Positions 19,663 to 29,814 of a DNA stretch of 64,000 nucleotides are shown here, in pieces. The notes beneath the pieces were generated by a model, which ran no database searches, was not told the origin of the DNA, and saw only the letters and a list, made by a program, of their open reading frames with translations. The stretch is from positions 64,001 through 128,000 of the forward strand of contig CBDCYI010000005.1 in NCBI GenBank assembly GCA_965224085.1, read 5' to 3'. The position numbers and the translations under genes are program-made. Numbering within the stretch: position 1 is the stretch's first letter; each line of letters opens with the position of its first letter. This stretch comes from Candidatus Marinacidobacterales bacterium (lineage in GTDB: Bacteria; Acidobacteriota; Vicinamibacteria; Marinacidobacterales; SMYC01).

Positions 19663-21171
19663 CTATTTCCTGGCGACGATCTCGTACTGCTCCTGATACA
19701 TGTTGTGATCGGAGCGGAGGTCGACGTCGCTGCGCAGCATCGATTTAAGCTCCTCCATAACCGGAGCATCTTTGCCTCGAAAGGCGCGCGCCACCTCGGG
19801 GTGTACGCGTAGCGTGAGCCCTTTGGAATATTCGACGAAGTCCTTACGCACCTGGTCCACGATTTCGTAAGCCAGGGTGGTCGGCGACTTGATCCAGCTG
19901 CTTCCCTGACAGGACGGACAGGGCCGGCACAAGACGCGCTCGAGCGAGCGCTTGACGCGCTTGCGCGTGAGCACGATGAGCCCGAACTCGTTGATCTGGA
20001 TGCTTTTGGTGGGCGAGCGATCTTTTTTCAACGCTTGTTCGAGAGCTGAGAAAACCTTGTTTTGGTTTCTTCGCTCCTCCATATCGATAAAGTCGATCAC
20101 GATGATGCCGCCCAAATCCCTGAGCCGCACCTGGTGAACGATCTCCTCGAGCGCTTCGAGATTGATGCGGGTGATCGTGTCTTCGAGCCGGCGGTCACCG
20201 GTATAGCGTCCGGTATTGACGTCGATGGCCACGAGCGCCTCTGTCTGGTTGATGACGATGTAGCCGCCGGATTTCAGCCAAACCTTGCTGCGCAGCGCTT
20301 TGTCGATCTCGGACTGGACGCCATACTCGTCGAAGATCGGGTAATTCTTCGAGTAATACTTTACCCGATGCAGGATCTGCGGCTGGATTTGGCGCACATA
20401 GTTCAACACCTGATCGAAGAGCTCCTCTGAGTTGATACGGATCGCAGAGAATTCCGGGGACAAAATATCGCGGATGTACTTGAATACGAGGCCGAGGTCT
20501 TTGTGGATGAGCGCGGGGGCTTTGACGTGCTCGGACTTTTCCAAAATCTCGACCCACTTGTTCTCGAGATAAGTGAGATCGGCGACGATGGCTTCATCGT
20601 CCTTTCCCTCCGCCGCGGTGCGCACGATGTACCCGCCAGGGCGCTTTTTCGTATTCTGGATGAGACGGCGAAGGCGGGAGCGCTCTTCGGCCGATTCAAT
20701 CTTCCGCGAAACACCGATGTGCTCGACCGTCGGCATGTAAACAAGAAGCCGCCCCGGAAGGCTCACGTAAGAGGTGATCCGAGCGCCTTTGGTGCCGAGG
20801 GGCTCCTTGGCTACCTGCACGAGGACCTCCTGCCCTTGTTTCAATAGCGCGTCGATGGACTGGTTGCTACTGCCCTTCGCCGCTCGGATCTCCCGCTCCG
20901 TCTCGACGATCCTCTCCTCCTCTTCGCTGAGGATGTCCTCGTCGTCAATGACGTCCGAGACATAGAGAAACGCGTCCCGCTCGAGCCCGATATCGACGAA
21001 CGCCGATTGCATACCGGGAAGCACTCGGTTCACAGAGCCTTTGTAGAGATTCCCCACAACTCCGCGGCTGCGCTCGCGCTCGAAAGCGACCTCTGAAACC
21101 ACGGAATCCTCGACGATCGCGAGACGCGTCTCGAGCGGGCTGAAACTGATGATCATTTCTTTGTTCGGCAT
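19663..21171 (-). CDS. rng: Rne/Rng family ribonuclease (RNase G-like)
   Basis: GNLYKG.V.RVLPGMQSAFVDIG, KEPLGTKGAR, IDVNTG, LRDLGGIIVIDFIDM, CPSC.G. Confidence 0.93.
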   Translation of the reverse strand: MPNKEMIISFSPLETRLAIVEDSVVSEVAFERERSRGVVGNLYKGSVNRVLPGMQSAFVDIGLERDAFLYVSDVIDDEDILSEEEERIVETEREIRAAKGSSNQSIDALLKQGQEVLVQVAKEPLGTKGARITSYVSLPGRLLVYMPTVEHIGVSRKIESAEERSRLRRLIQNTKKRPGGYIVRTAAEGKDDEAIVADLTYLENKWVEILEKSEHVKAPALIHKDLGLVFKYIRDILSPEFSAIRINSEELFDQVLNYVRQIQPQILHRVKYYSKNYPIFDEYGVQSEIDKALRSKVWLKSGGYIVINQTEALVAIDVNTGRYTGDRRLEDTITRINLEALEEIVHQVRLRDLGGIIVIDFIDMEERRNQNKVFSALEQALKKDRSPTKSIQINEFGLIVLTRKRVKRSLERVLCRPCPSCQGSSWIKSPTTLAYEIVDQVRKDFVEYSKGLTLRVHPEVARAFRGKDAPVMEELKSMLRSDVDLRSDHNMYQEQYEIVARK

Positions 21172-21536
21172 AGTAAGCCTCGGAGGAGGCATGCCGAAGA
21201 AGGGCGGCTGAGAACGGAACTTTTGTGGACTACACGTTTACGGTCAGCGCGCCAAAAGCGCCCCGATCGAGGTCTCGTCTTTACCCGAAAACAACGAAAG
21301 CGTTATTGCCAAACCAACAAAAGTCCTTAGGGGACGTGGCGACACGACTATAACCACCGCCGAAAGCGATACCAAACGTCCCACGCGCAGGGAAACCCTT
21401 CGCTCCATCGAGCCGGCCCAATCTTAGGCGCAGCCTCCTTTTGCAATATCAGGAGGGTGTACCCTCCGAGAAAAACAACAAAATCGTTAAGCACCACACA
21501 TCAAAAAGGCGCTCCAACTAAACTCTATCACAAGAC

Positions 21537-21675
21537 CAGCATTCAGCATTCAGGACCACATTTTCGGTAAAGGGACTCTCAGCGGTCTCGGAATGCGCTT
21601 TGAATGAGAGGAGACCGTCATCGGAATCAGAGCTGACAACTGAAATGCTTAGTCTTAATGCTAATCGCTGAATGC
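21537..21675. repeat. Intergenic element with (GCATTCA)n ... GCTGAATGC ends
   Basis: CAGCATTCAGCATTCAG at the left end and GCTGAATGC at the right end, directly after the rodA stop. Confidence 0.45.
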
Positions 21676-21678
21676 CGA

Positions 21679-22770
21679 CTAATTTACGAAACGGCGCATC
21701 CTTACGTTCAAAATTAGGCCAAAGCCCACCAGGGTGGCCAGCAACGACGAACCTCCGTAACTCATCAGCGGCAGGGGAAACCCTTTTATGGGAACGAGCC
21801 CCGCCACCATGGACAAGTTGTAAAGGCTCTGGAAGACGAACATCGACAAAACCCCGAAGACTAGATAGATCCCGAGTCGATCGCGCGCGCGCCGGGCGGT
21901 CTCGAGGGAACGGAGCGCAATCACCAGGTAAAGAATAATGACGGTCACGACCCCTACGAAACCGAACTCCTCCCCCACGACCGCGAAAATGAAGTCGGTA
22001 TGCGGCGTCGGGAGGAACTGCAGCTGGCTCTGAGTGCCCTCGAGCCATCCTTGGCCGACGAGGCCCCCGGCCCCGACGGTGATCATGGACTGGATGCTCT
22101 GATAACCGGCACCTCTTGGATCGCGTCCTGGGTCGAGAAACGAGTACACTCGCTCCTTCTGGTAGTCTCTCAACGCGAAATTCCAGGCGAGCGGGACGGT
22201 CAGAACAACGACGAAGACACCGAGCAGAAGGAGCTTGGCCCGAACTCCCGCGAGCAGTGCCATCGCCGCATAGACGATCCCGATCGTGGCCGCCGTCCCG
22301 AGATCCGGCTGAAGCGCAATCAGGATCAATGGGACCCCGGCGAAGAGCCCGGCAATGACGACCTCGGAGGTTGCGAGCTGGTCCTTTCGCACACCGGAAA
22401 AGTACTTGGCGAGGAACACCACGACGGCGATCTTCGCGAGCTCACCCGGCTGAATCGTCCCGAAGCCGAGCTCGAGCCAACGATTCGTGCCCGCGCGCAA
22501 TCCGCCGAAGAGCACAAGATAAATCAGCAGGCCGATGATCCCGACATAGAGAAGTTCTGCCCGATCGACGATCGTGTGATAGTCGAAGAGCATGACCAGG
22601 AACATCAAGATCAGCCCAATGAGAAGTCGCGCTATTTGGGCCTTGTATAGCTCCGGCGTCGGTCCGGCCTGGCTTGCGCTGTAGATAACGATCAGTCCGA
22701 ACCCAGCAGCCACGAACAGCCCCAGGATCGTCAACCAATCAACGGAGCGCCATAGTTGTCTGTCGAGCAC
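21679..22770 (-). CDS. rodA: Rod shape-determining protein RodA
   Basis: RWLELG...QPGELAK, QPDLGT, GYQSIQS...GAGG, PHTDFIF...EE.GF, PLMSYGGSS; start uncertain (22770 or 22800). Confidence 0.95.
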   Translation of the reverse strand: MLDRQLWRSVDWLTILGLFVAAGFGLIVIYSASQAGPTPELYKAQIARLLIGLILMFLVMLFDYHTIVDRAELLYVGIIGLLIYLVLFGGLRAGTNRWLELGFGTIQPGELAKIAVVVFLAKYFSGVRKDQLATSEVVIAGLFAGVPLILIALQPDLGTAATIGIVYAAMALLAGVRAKLLLLGVFVVVLTVPLAWNFALRDYQKERVYSFLDPGRDPRGAGYQSIQSMITVGAGGLVGQGWLEGTQSQLQFLPTPHTDFIFAVVGEEFGFVGVVTVIILYLVIALRSLETARRARDRLGIYLVFGVLSMFVFQSLYNLSMVAGLVPIKGFPLPLMSYGGSSLLATLVGFGLILNVRMRRFVN

Positions 22771-24580
22771 GCAGGTTCCTCCGGTCCAGCTTTCCGTCAA
22801 AATAGGCCTTCAGGACTTGTTGCGCGATCGGAGCCGCTGCGCGGCCGCCACTACCGCCATGTTCCACGAGCACGGCAATCGCAATCTCCGGATTCACCCT
22901 GGGCGCATAGCCGATGAACCAGGCGTGATTGCGTAAGTGCTCCGGCCGGTCCCCGTCCGCGGACGCGGCCAAGCGGGCGCGTGAGGCGACCATGGACGTC
23001 CCCGTCTTTCCACTCACATCGATACCACGAAGCCGAGCGCGCCGCGCCGTCCCGACGCCGTTCACCGCCTGGAACATCCCTTCTTGCAATGCCCGCCAAT
23101 GTTCCTCGCGCAAGCCGACATGCCGGGTGGCCGGCTCGAGCACCATGTCCGAGTAGGGCTCGGGAGCAGCCCCAGCGGGTAATCGCCGCAAGAACAGCGT
23201 GGGACGGTGCACATCGCCAGAGGTCCCAACGGTGGCCGCGAGCTGAGCCATTTGGAGCGCGGTCACGAGCACCGCTCCTTGTCCAATGGCCACGGAAATG
23301 GTCTCCCCCGCGTACCACGGCTCGTTCCGCACCCTTTTCTTCCACTTCGGGTCAGGCACTAGTCCGGACACTTCATGGGGCAAGTCGATGCCCGTGGGAG
23401 TGCCAAGACCAAACAGCCGCGCGTAGTGAGCAATGGTCTCGATCTGCAGCTTGGAGGCGAGCTGATAGAAATAGCTGTTGCACGACTGCGCCAACGCCTC
23501 GATCAAGCCCAGGCTCCCGTGCCCTGCGCGAACGCAGTGAAACACATTGCCGTAGAGGCGCACCCATCCCCTGCAACTCATCTCGGTTTCCGGGGTCGCG
23601 AGACCCTCCTCTAGCGCGGCAGCGGCCACGACTAGCTTGAATGTCGAGCCGGGCGCATAGCGGCCTTGGGTAGCGCGATTCGAAAGCGGGAACTTCGGGT
23701 CGTTCCTCAGAGCGCGCCACGCCTCGTCGTCGATGGCCCCGGAAAACCTGTTCGGATCGTAGGCGGGAAAGCTGCCGAGAGCGAGCACTTGACCGTTTCG
23801 CGCGTCGAGAGCGACCACAGCGCCCGCCTTGTCGCCGTACGCGACTTCCGCGGCTCGCTGAAGATCGAGGTCGATCGAGAGTTGAACCGATTCCCCCCAA
23901 ATGGGCGGCACTTGCTCGAGAACACGCTCGCGTCTCCCGCGGCTGTTCACGACGAAACGCTGCACACCGTTTTGTCCCATCAAAGAACGGTTATAGATCC
24001 GCTCGACACCGGACTGACCGACATAGTCGTTGCGCGCAGCACCCGCAAACTCGTCCGAGCCCCGCTGCTCTTCGCTCAGCCGTCCCACGTGGCCAACGAT
24101 GTGGGCCGACAAGCTTCCTGCGGGATAGTAGCGGCGAGGGACGAACTGTATCCGCGCGCCCGGAAGCTCGAGTTGGCGCGCCTCGACCCTCGCTACTTCT
24201 TCGATAGGAAGGTCCTCTTTAACGAGCGCCGGCCCCAAGCGCACACGCCGCAAATGCGCCTCGAAATCCCCGTCCATGGGGAGCGCCACAAGCCGGTCGA
24301 GGGCTACGAGGGTCTCCGGACGGTCCTCTTCGAGCGTTAAATTAAAAGACGCGCGATTTTCCGCAATGATGCGACCGTGGCGGTCGAGTATCAACCCTCG
24401 CGGTGCGGCCTCGGAAACCGGCCGCACGTGATTGGCCTGGGCCTGGCGCTCGTAGGCGGTCGACCGCACGACTTGCAACTGCCAATAGCGCAGCGCGAGC
24501 CCGGCAAACAGCAGAATGAAGAGCGCGCGCCACCAGACGAGGCGATTTTGAAGCGGCCTCAAATCTTCATATATGTTCAT
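22739..24580 (-). CDS. mrdA: Penicillin-binding protein 2
   Basis: APRG.I.DR, PGSTFK, SCN, GKTGT, HAWF; in the mre operon. Confidence 0.95.
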   Translation of the reverse strand: MNIYEDLRPLQNRLVWWRALFILLFAGLALRYWQLQVVRSTAYERQAQANHVRPVSEAAPRGLILDRHGRIIAENRASFNLTLEEDRPETLVALDRLVALPMDGDFEAHLRRVRLGPALVKEDLPIEEVARVEARQLELPGARIQFVPRRYYPAGSLSAHIVGHVGRLSEEQRGSDEFAGAARNDYVGQSGVERIYNRSLMGQNGVQRFVVNSRGRRERVLEQVPPIWGESVQLSIDLDLQRAAEVAYGDKAGAVVALDARNGQVLALGSFPAYDPNRFSGAIDDEAWRALRNDPKFPLSNRATQGRYAPGSTFKLVVAAAALEEGLATPETEMSCRGWVRLYGNVFHCVRAGHGSLGLIEALAQSCNSYFYQLASKLQIETIAHYARLFGLGTPTGIDLPHEVSGLVPDPKWKKRVRNEPWYAGETISVAIGQGAVLVTALQMAQLAATVGTSGDVHRPTLFLRRLPAGAAPEPYSDMVLEPATRHVGLREEHWRALQEGMFQAVNGVGTARRARLRGIDVSGKTGTSMVASRARLAASADGDRPEHLRNHAWFIGYAPRVNPEIAIAVLVEHGGSGGRAAAPIAQQVLKAYFDGKLDRRNLRARQTTMALR

Positions 24581-24593
24581 CGTGCACAACCGG

Positions 24594-25073
24594 TTACACC
24601 GTGTCGGAGGATCCCTTCTGATCCACTTGTCTTACTAACAGGATACCAGCGATCGCGTTGCCGACGCACAAATAAAGCGGGGCCAAGCCTTCACCGAGAA
24701 CCCGTGGTTGTTCAGCGAAACGGCCCACGCCCGCAAGGATCGCCATATCGAGCAGTGTCGCCCCTACGAAGAAGAAAAGACGTGCGGACCATCCCCGGAT
24801 GATCAACTGGTGGCCCGCAATACCGGCGAGATAACCCACGGTGGTCTTCGAGATACCGTTGAATCCGAGCAAGCCTCCAGAGAACGCGTCCTGCAGCAGT
24901 CCGGCCGCGGTGCCGGTACAAAGCCCGACCATTCGCCCCCGGAGAAGGCCGAAGGTCGCCGCAACCACGGTGAACAGGTCGAGGTAGACGTTCAGGAACA
25001 CGAAGTAGCGCCCGAGCACAGTCTGGACGAGGAACGCGACCATAATCGCGAGAGCGATGTCCAGAAACTTCAC
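24594..25073 (-). CDS. mreD: Rod shape-determining protein MreD
   Basis: Hydrophobic, G...GLLQD.FSG..LG; between mreC and mrdA. Confidence 0.88.
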   Translation of the reverse strand: MKFLDIALAIMVAFLVQTVLGRYFVFLNVYLDLFTVVAATFGLLRGRMVGLCTGTAAGLLQDAFSGGLLGFNGISKTTVGYLAGIAGHQLIIRGWSARLFFFVGATLLDMAILAGVGRFAEQPRVLGEGLAPLYLCVGNAIAGILLVRQVDQKGSSDTV

Positions 25074-25936
25074 TCGACCTGTTCGGTGATCTCGATGTCC
25101 TCGAGAGCGGGAAGGATAAAGACCTCCTCGAGGCGCGCGAGTCTAGCAGCTGGTTCGACGGTGATGGTTTTGAACAGACGCGGCCCGTCGCGCACGGAGG
25201 CGACACGCCCAATGGCGATGCCTTTGTGATAGATCCCGTCGATTCCCGACGTCACGATGGGATCCCCTTCGACCACGTCCTCGAGATTGCTGACGTAGTT
25301 CAACACGAGGCCGGACGGGCTGGACTGCTCCCCGCTTCCCGCCACGATGCCACGGATCCGCGTGCGCGTGAGAAGCGCGCCGACGGAACAATCCCGATCG
25401 GTCAAGAGCTGAATCTGCGCGACGTCCGGACCCAAGGAGATGACGCGGCCAACCAAGCCGCCGGCCGCGACGACGGGCGCGTTCAGCACCACGCCGCGAT
25501 CCTTGCCTTGATTGACCGTGATCGTGCGAAACCAGGCACTCGCGTCGAGGCCTATCACCTCGGCAACGATCGGTTCATATGAAAGGCGCTCGGCGAGCTC
25601 GAGCACGCCAGAGAGGCGGCGATAACTCGCGACGAGATCGCGCTCGAGCCACACAGCTTGCTCGAGCCGCGCAACTGCTTCGCGAAGCCGCTGATTGTCT
25701 TCACGAACGCCGCGCAAATCGACATAGCCATTCCACGCGGAACGAGTGCCGACGACGATAGCGTCAGCCCCGCGCTGAAACGGTGACAGGAGCGTGACGA
25801 TGAGCCCGCGCAACGCCGTGTCTCCCCGCTCGGTCGTCACTTGCGACGACAGTAGAAGCGCCTGCACAACGAGGACGAACAGAAAGAAGAAATGTCCTCC
25901 GCGGGAGCCCAGCGGAGCATTTACCGTGCTAGCCAT
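25070..25936 (-). CDS. mreC: Rod shape-determining protein MreC
   Basis: TM plus coiled coil, GLVGRV, VTSG.DG.Y..GI.IG. Confidence 0.93.
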   Translation of the reverse strand: MASTVNAPLGSRGGHFFFLFVLVVQALLLSSQVTTERGDTALRGLIVTLLSPFQRGADAIVVGTRSAWNGYVDLRGVREDNQRLREAVARLEQAVWLERDLVASYRRLSGVLELAERLSYEPIVAEVIGLDASAWFRTITVNQGKDRGVVLNAPVVAAGGLVGRVISLGPDVAQIQLLTDRDCSVGALLTRTRIRGIVAGSGEQSSPSGLVLNYVSNLEDVVEGDPIVTSGIDGIYHKGIAIGRVASVRDGPRLFKTITVEPAARLARLEEVFILPALEDIEITEQVE

Positions 25937-25987
25937 GAATGATTGGGGTTGGCGTGGAAGGCCAAGTCCCACCGACAGGTTCTTGAC

Positions 25988-27013
25988 TCAATCCAGGCAG
26001 ACTTTCCTGAGTAGCTTGACGTCCTCGAGCATGCGGCCCGTGCCCAGAACGACAGAGGAAAGAGGGTCCTCTCCCATAGAGACAGGAAGGCCCGTCTCTT
26101 CACGAAGACGTTTGTCCAGATTCTTGAGAAGGGCACCGCCACCCGTCAGAACGATGCCACGATCCACGATGTCCGCCGAGAGTTCAGGCGGAGTCCTCTC
26201 GAGCGCGACGCGGACCGCACTGATGAGGATGCTGACAGTCTCTTCGAGCGACTCGCGGATTTCCTCATCGGAGATGACCAGCGTCTTGGGGATGCCCTCG
26301 ATCAGGTTGCGCCCCTTGATCTCCATGGTGACGGGTTTGTCGAGCGGGTAAGCCGAGCCGACTTCCATCTTGACTTGTTCCGCGGTGCGCTCTCCGATTA
26401 ACAAGTTATATTTCTTGCGGAGGTACTTGATGATGGCCTCGTCCATTTCGTTGCCCGCAACGCGAACGGAGCTGGAGTAGACGATTCCTGCCATCGAAAT
26501 GACCGCGATGTCCGTCGTGCCGCCGCCGATATCGACGACCATGTTTCCCGAGGGCTCCGTGATCGGAAGGCCCGCGCCGATGGCGGCCGCCATCGCTTGG
26601 TCCACGAGAAAGACCTCGCTCGCTTTGGCACGAAGCGCGCTGTCCTTGACGGCCCTCTTTTCAACTTGTGTGATCTCAGACGGAATGCCGATGACGATGC
26701 GAGGCGCGATCCAGACCTTGCGGTTATGGGCCTTCTGAATGAAATAAGCGAGCATTTTCTCGGTTATCTCGAAATCCGCAATGACCCCGTCCTTCATGGG
26801 TCGGATGGCAGTGATGTTGCCCGGCGTGCGCCCCAACATCTCCTTTGCCTCTTTGCCAACCGCCTCGACTTTTGTCGTGACGTCATTGATGGCAACGATG
26901 GAAGGCTCGGAAACGACTATGCCTCTATTCTTCGCGAAGACCAGCGTGTTCGCAGTCCCTAGATCAATGGCGAGCTCGTTGGACATGAAACTAAGAATAG
27001 AGCGAAGGTTCAT
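25988..27013 (-). CDS. mreB: Cell shape actin homologue MreB
   Basis: LAIDLGTANT, RPMKDGVIADF, VDIGGGTT, TPPELSADI..RGIVLTGGG. Confidence 0.98.
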   Translation of the reverse strand: MNLRSILSFMSNELAIDLGTANTLVFAKNRGIVVSEPSIVAINDVTTKVEAVGKEAKEMLGRTPGNITAIRPMKDGVIADFEITEKMLAYFIQKAHNRKVWIAPRIVIGIPSEITQVEKRAVKDSALRAKASEVFLVDQAMAAAIGAGLPITEPSGNMVVDIGGGTTDIAVISMAGIVYSSSVRVAGNEMDEAIIKYLRKKYNLLIGERTAEQVKMEVGSAYPLDKPVTMEIKGRNLIEGIPKTLVISDEEIRESLEETVSILISAVRVALERTPPELSADIVDRGIVLTGGGALLKNLDKRLREETGLPVSMGEDPLSSVVLGTGRMLEDVKLLRKVCLD

Positions 27014-27447
27014 TCGACTCCGACTCAAATCCGTACCGTTGAATATCAACTTTTTTGGCTGTGTAAATGTGAAATCAATGGGCGAGACCCACTGCGTCTT
27101 TGCCTTGTTCTTTAACACTATACATTGCCTGGTCCGCCTTTTGCATGAGATCTTGAGGGCTACGCCCATGTTCCGGGTAGAGACTTACGCCGAAGCTTGC
27201 GGACAGTCGCGCTTCGAGCCCGAAATCCTCGAGAAACAGGTGCGCGTTCAGTGACGCGCGTTGATCGTGCTACGCTTCACGGTAAACCACTCGATGTGGA
27301 TACCCGTGTTCGTCTGGTACGGGTTCTGCCTCGCCATTGCCTACACTACTGATTCTAAAGCAGTTTAACATATCGGCCCGTCCATTTGCAAAGCGCGCTT
27401 GATTGCGCCAAAGGGTTTCGATAGCATATTCGATCGAGGTTCATCGA

Positions 27448-29352
27448 ATGCTGAAGTACTTTCGCAATAGGAAGAGCGTGGGCTGGTTCATGGGGGCATT
27501 TCTCCTCGTGCTAGTGATCGTTGCGTTTATCGCGCTCTATATCCCGGATTTCATGCAACCATCGAGCGCCGCGGGAACGACCGGCGATGTTGCGTGGGTG
27601 GATGGCGACCCGATTTCGTCCCGGGCGTTCATCCAAGGCTACGGCGTGCAGGAATCGATGTACCGGCAGCAAATGGGCGCCCAGTACAACCCCGACTTGC
27701 TGAGGCAGCTCGGTCTCGACAACTACATCGTGCAGCAGTTGGTGCAAGAAAAAGCTCTCACGCTCGAGGCGAGGCGCCTGGGGATGAGTGTAAGCGACGG
27801 CGAGGTCAGCAGCAGCATCCAAAACGATCCGAGCCTTCAACAAAACGGACAGTTCGTCGGGCGCGACGCTTATCTGAGCTTGCTGAGCGGAGCAGGTTTG
27901 ACGCCGTCCGATTACGAGCAACAAGTTCGCGAGGGCCTGCTGCGAGCGAAGCTCGAGAATCTCGTCAAAGACGGCGTCGTCGTGAGCGATGCCGACGTCG
28001 AAGAGGAGTATCGCCGCCGCAACGAAAAGATTCACTTGGAATATACGGTCGTGAGCAAGTCCGACTTCGGCGGCGATTACGAGCCGAGCGACGACGAGAT
28101 CCGCGCCTTTTACGATGCCAATCCGAGCGACTTCGAGCGGCCGGTGCAGCGCAAAGCCCGGTTCATTGCCCTCACGCCGCAGCTCTTCATGGGCGCTGTC
28201 ACGGTGATCGACCGGGAGATAACGCGCTACTACAACGAGAACCTTGCGCGCTTCTCGTCCCCCGAGCAAGTCCAAGCAAGCCACATTCTGTTCAAGACAG
28301 GCCCGGAAGTAGACGAAGCCGAAGTCCGTGCGAAGGCCGAATCAGTGCTTGCCCAGGCGAGAAGCGGGACCGATTTCGCAGAGCTCGCGCAAGAGCACTC
28401 CGAGGACACAACGGCGTCAAACGGCGGCGACCTCGGCTATTTTGGCAGGGGAAAGATGGTCCCAGAGTTCGACCAGGTTGTGTTCGCGCTCCCGATCGGC
28501 GACATCAGCGATCTCGTCCAATCCCAATACGGGTTCCATATCATCAAGGTCACGGGCAAGCAGGACGCCATGACGCAGCCTCTCGAGGCGTTGCGAGAAC
28601 AGATTCGTGGCACGCTGACGCAAGAGAAAGCTTCCGCCAAGGTCGACGAAGCCGTCGAGAGCGCCGCCGAGAAGCTGCAACGGAGCAGATCCATCGACGC
28701 CCTGACGGCCGAGTACGAGCTCCTCGTGCCGCAAGACACGGCGTTTTTCGGCAGGGCCGACAGCATCCCGCAACTGTCGGGTTCACAGGCCGCGGCCAAC
28801 GTTGCTTTCGAGACCGAAATCGGACGCATCACATCGGCCATACCTCTCGGATTCGGCCGCGGCTACGCTTTCTTGCAGATCCTCGAAGAACGAGAGGCCG
28901 GCACCGCTGATTTCGACGAGGTTCGCGTTGAAGCGGCGGAGCAACTGCGTAGCAACCATCAGATGACTCTCGCGATCGCGCGCGCCATCGAGATACGCGT
29001 AAAGCTCCTGTCGGGGGATGCGGCGGACATCGAGCTGGAGGCGAGCGAGAATTTTTTTCGAGGGACGGAGCTACCCGGAGCCGGGCGCTCCGTCACCGCC
29101 CAGGCGAAGGCTTTCGAGCTTTTGCCGGGAGCGGTCTCGGGGCCGCTCGAAGCTCAAAACGGTTACGTCATCATGCGCATCATCGAGAAATCCGGCTTCG
29201 AGCCTAGCGAGTTCGAGGAGCAAAAAGCAGGCTTCGAAGAGCAAATCTTGACCGAGCAGCGCAGCCGGGTGTGGAGCGCATTCGTCGCCAAATTGCAATC
29301 GAGATATGAGGTCGAGGTCGACTGGCAAGCGATCCGAGTGATCACAGGTTGA
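27448..29352 (+). CDS. ppiD: PpiD/SurA-type membrane-anchored peptidyl-prolyl isomerase
   Basis: N-terminal TM, SurA_N domain, rotamase motifs ASHIL, GGDLG.F, MVPEF, YGFHIIKV. Confidence 0.85.
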   Translation: MLKYFRNRKSVGWFMGAFLLVLVIVAFIALYIPDFMQPSSAAGTTGDVAWVDGDPISSRAFIQGYGVQESMYRQQMGAQYNPDLLRQLGLDNYIVQQLVQEKALTLEARRLGMSVSDGEVSSSIQNDPSLQQNGQFVGRDAYLSLLSGAGLTPSDYEQQVREGLLRAKLENLVKDGVVVSDADVEEEYRRRNEKIHLEYTVVSKSDFGGDYEPSDDEIRAFYDANPSDFERPVQRKARFIALTPQLFMGAVTVIDREITRYYNENLARFSSPEQVQASHILFKTGPEVDEAEVRAKAESVLAQARSGTDFAELAQEHSEDTTASNGGDLGYFGRGKMVPEFDQVVFALPIGDISDLVQSQYGFHIIKVTGKQDAMTQPLEALREQIRGTLTQEKASAKVDEAVESAAEKLQRSRSIDALTAEYELLVPQDTAFFGRADSIPQLSGSQAAANVAFETEIGRITSAIPLGFGRGYAFLQILEEREAGTADFDEVRVEAAEQLRSNHQMTLAIARAIEIRVKLLSGDAADIELEASENFFRGTELPGAGRSVTAQAKAFELLPGAVSGPLEAQNGYVIMRIIEKSGFEPSEFEEQKAGFEEQILTEQRSRVWSAFVAKLQSRYEVEVDWQAIRVITG

Positions 29353-29371
29353 GCCCACACGGAAAAAGGTC

Positions 29372-29719
29372 ATGAAACTAGATCTGCGGGAAAAAGATGG
29401 AATCAGCATTCTCGTCCTTGGAGGACAACTGACGGGAGGCGGTGGTCACGAGCAATTTCAAGAGGCCATCGACACGCTTCTAGCTGGCGGCCGCAATCAA
29501 ATCCTCGTCGACTTCACCGAGATCACCTTCATGGACAGCGCCGGTATGGGCGAGCTCGTCTCCGGACACCGCACGGTCGAACGCTTCGGCGGCAAGTTAA
29601 AGCTTCTAAACCCCAACGAGCGAGTCCAAAACTCCCTCACGATTACGAAGCTCTTACCCATCTTCGAAGTCTTCGACAACGAAGAAAAAGCCTTGGCAAG
29701 CTGGAGCGCCAACGCATAG
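29372..29719 (+). CDS. STAS-domain anti-sigma factor antagonist
   Basis: FMDSAGMGELV, GG.LKL, L.ITKL..IFE. Confidence 0.9.
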   Translation: MKLDLREKDGISILVLGGQLTGGGGHEQFQEAIDTLLAGGRNQILVDFTEITFMDSAGMGELVSGHRTVERFGGKLKLLNPNERVQNSLTITKLLPIFEVFDNEEKALASWSANA

Positions 29720-29814
29720 CACCGCTCAATAAGACAAAAGAACCAAAACCATCTCTTCTCTTATACCTTAGCGACTTCGCGTTGTCTTTCGAGCCGCGAT
29801 AGAGGCGCCTGGAG

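Noticed and set aside
21193-21530. Structured leader or sRNA upstream of rng
   Set aside because: Long intergenic region, but no convincing fold or known motif identified
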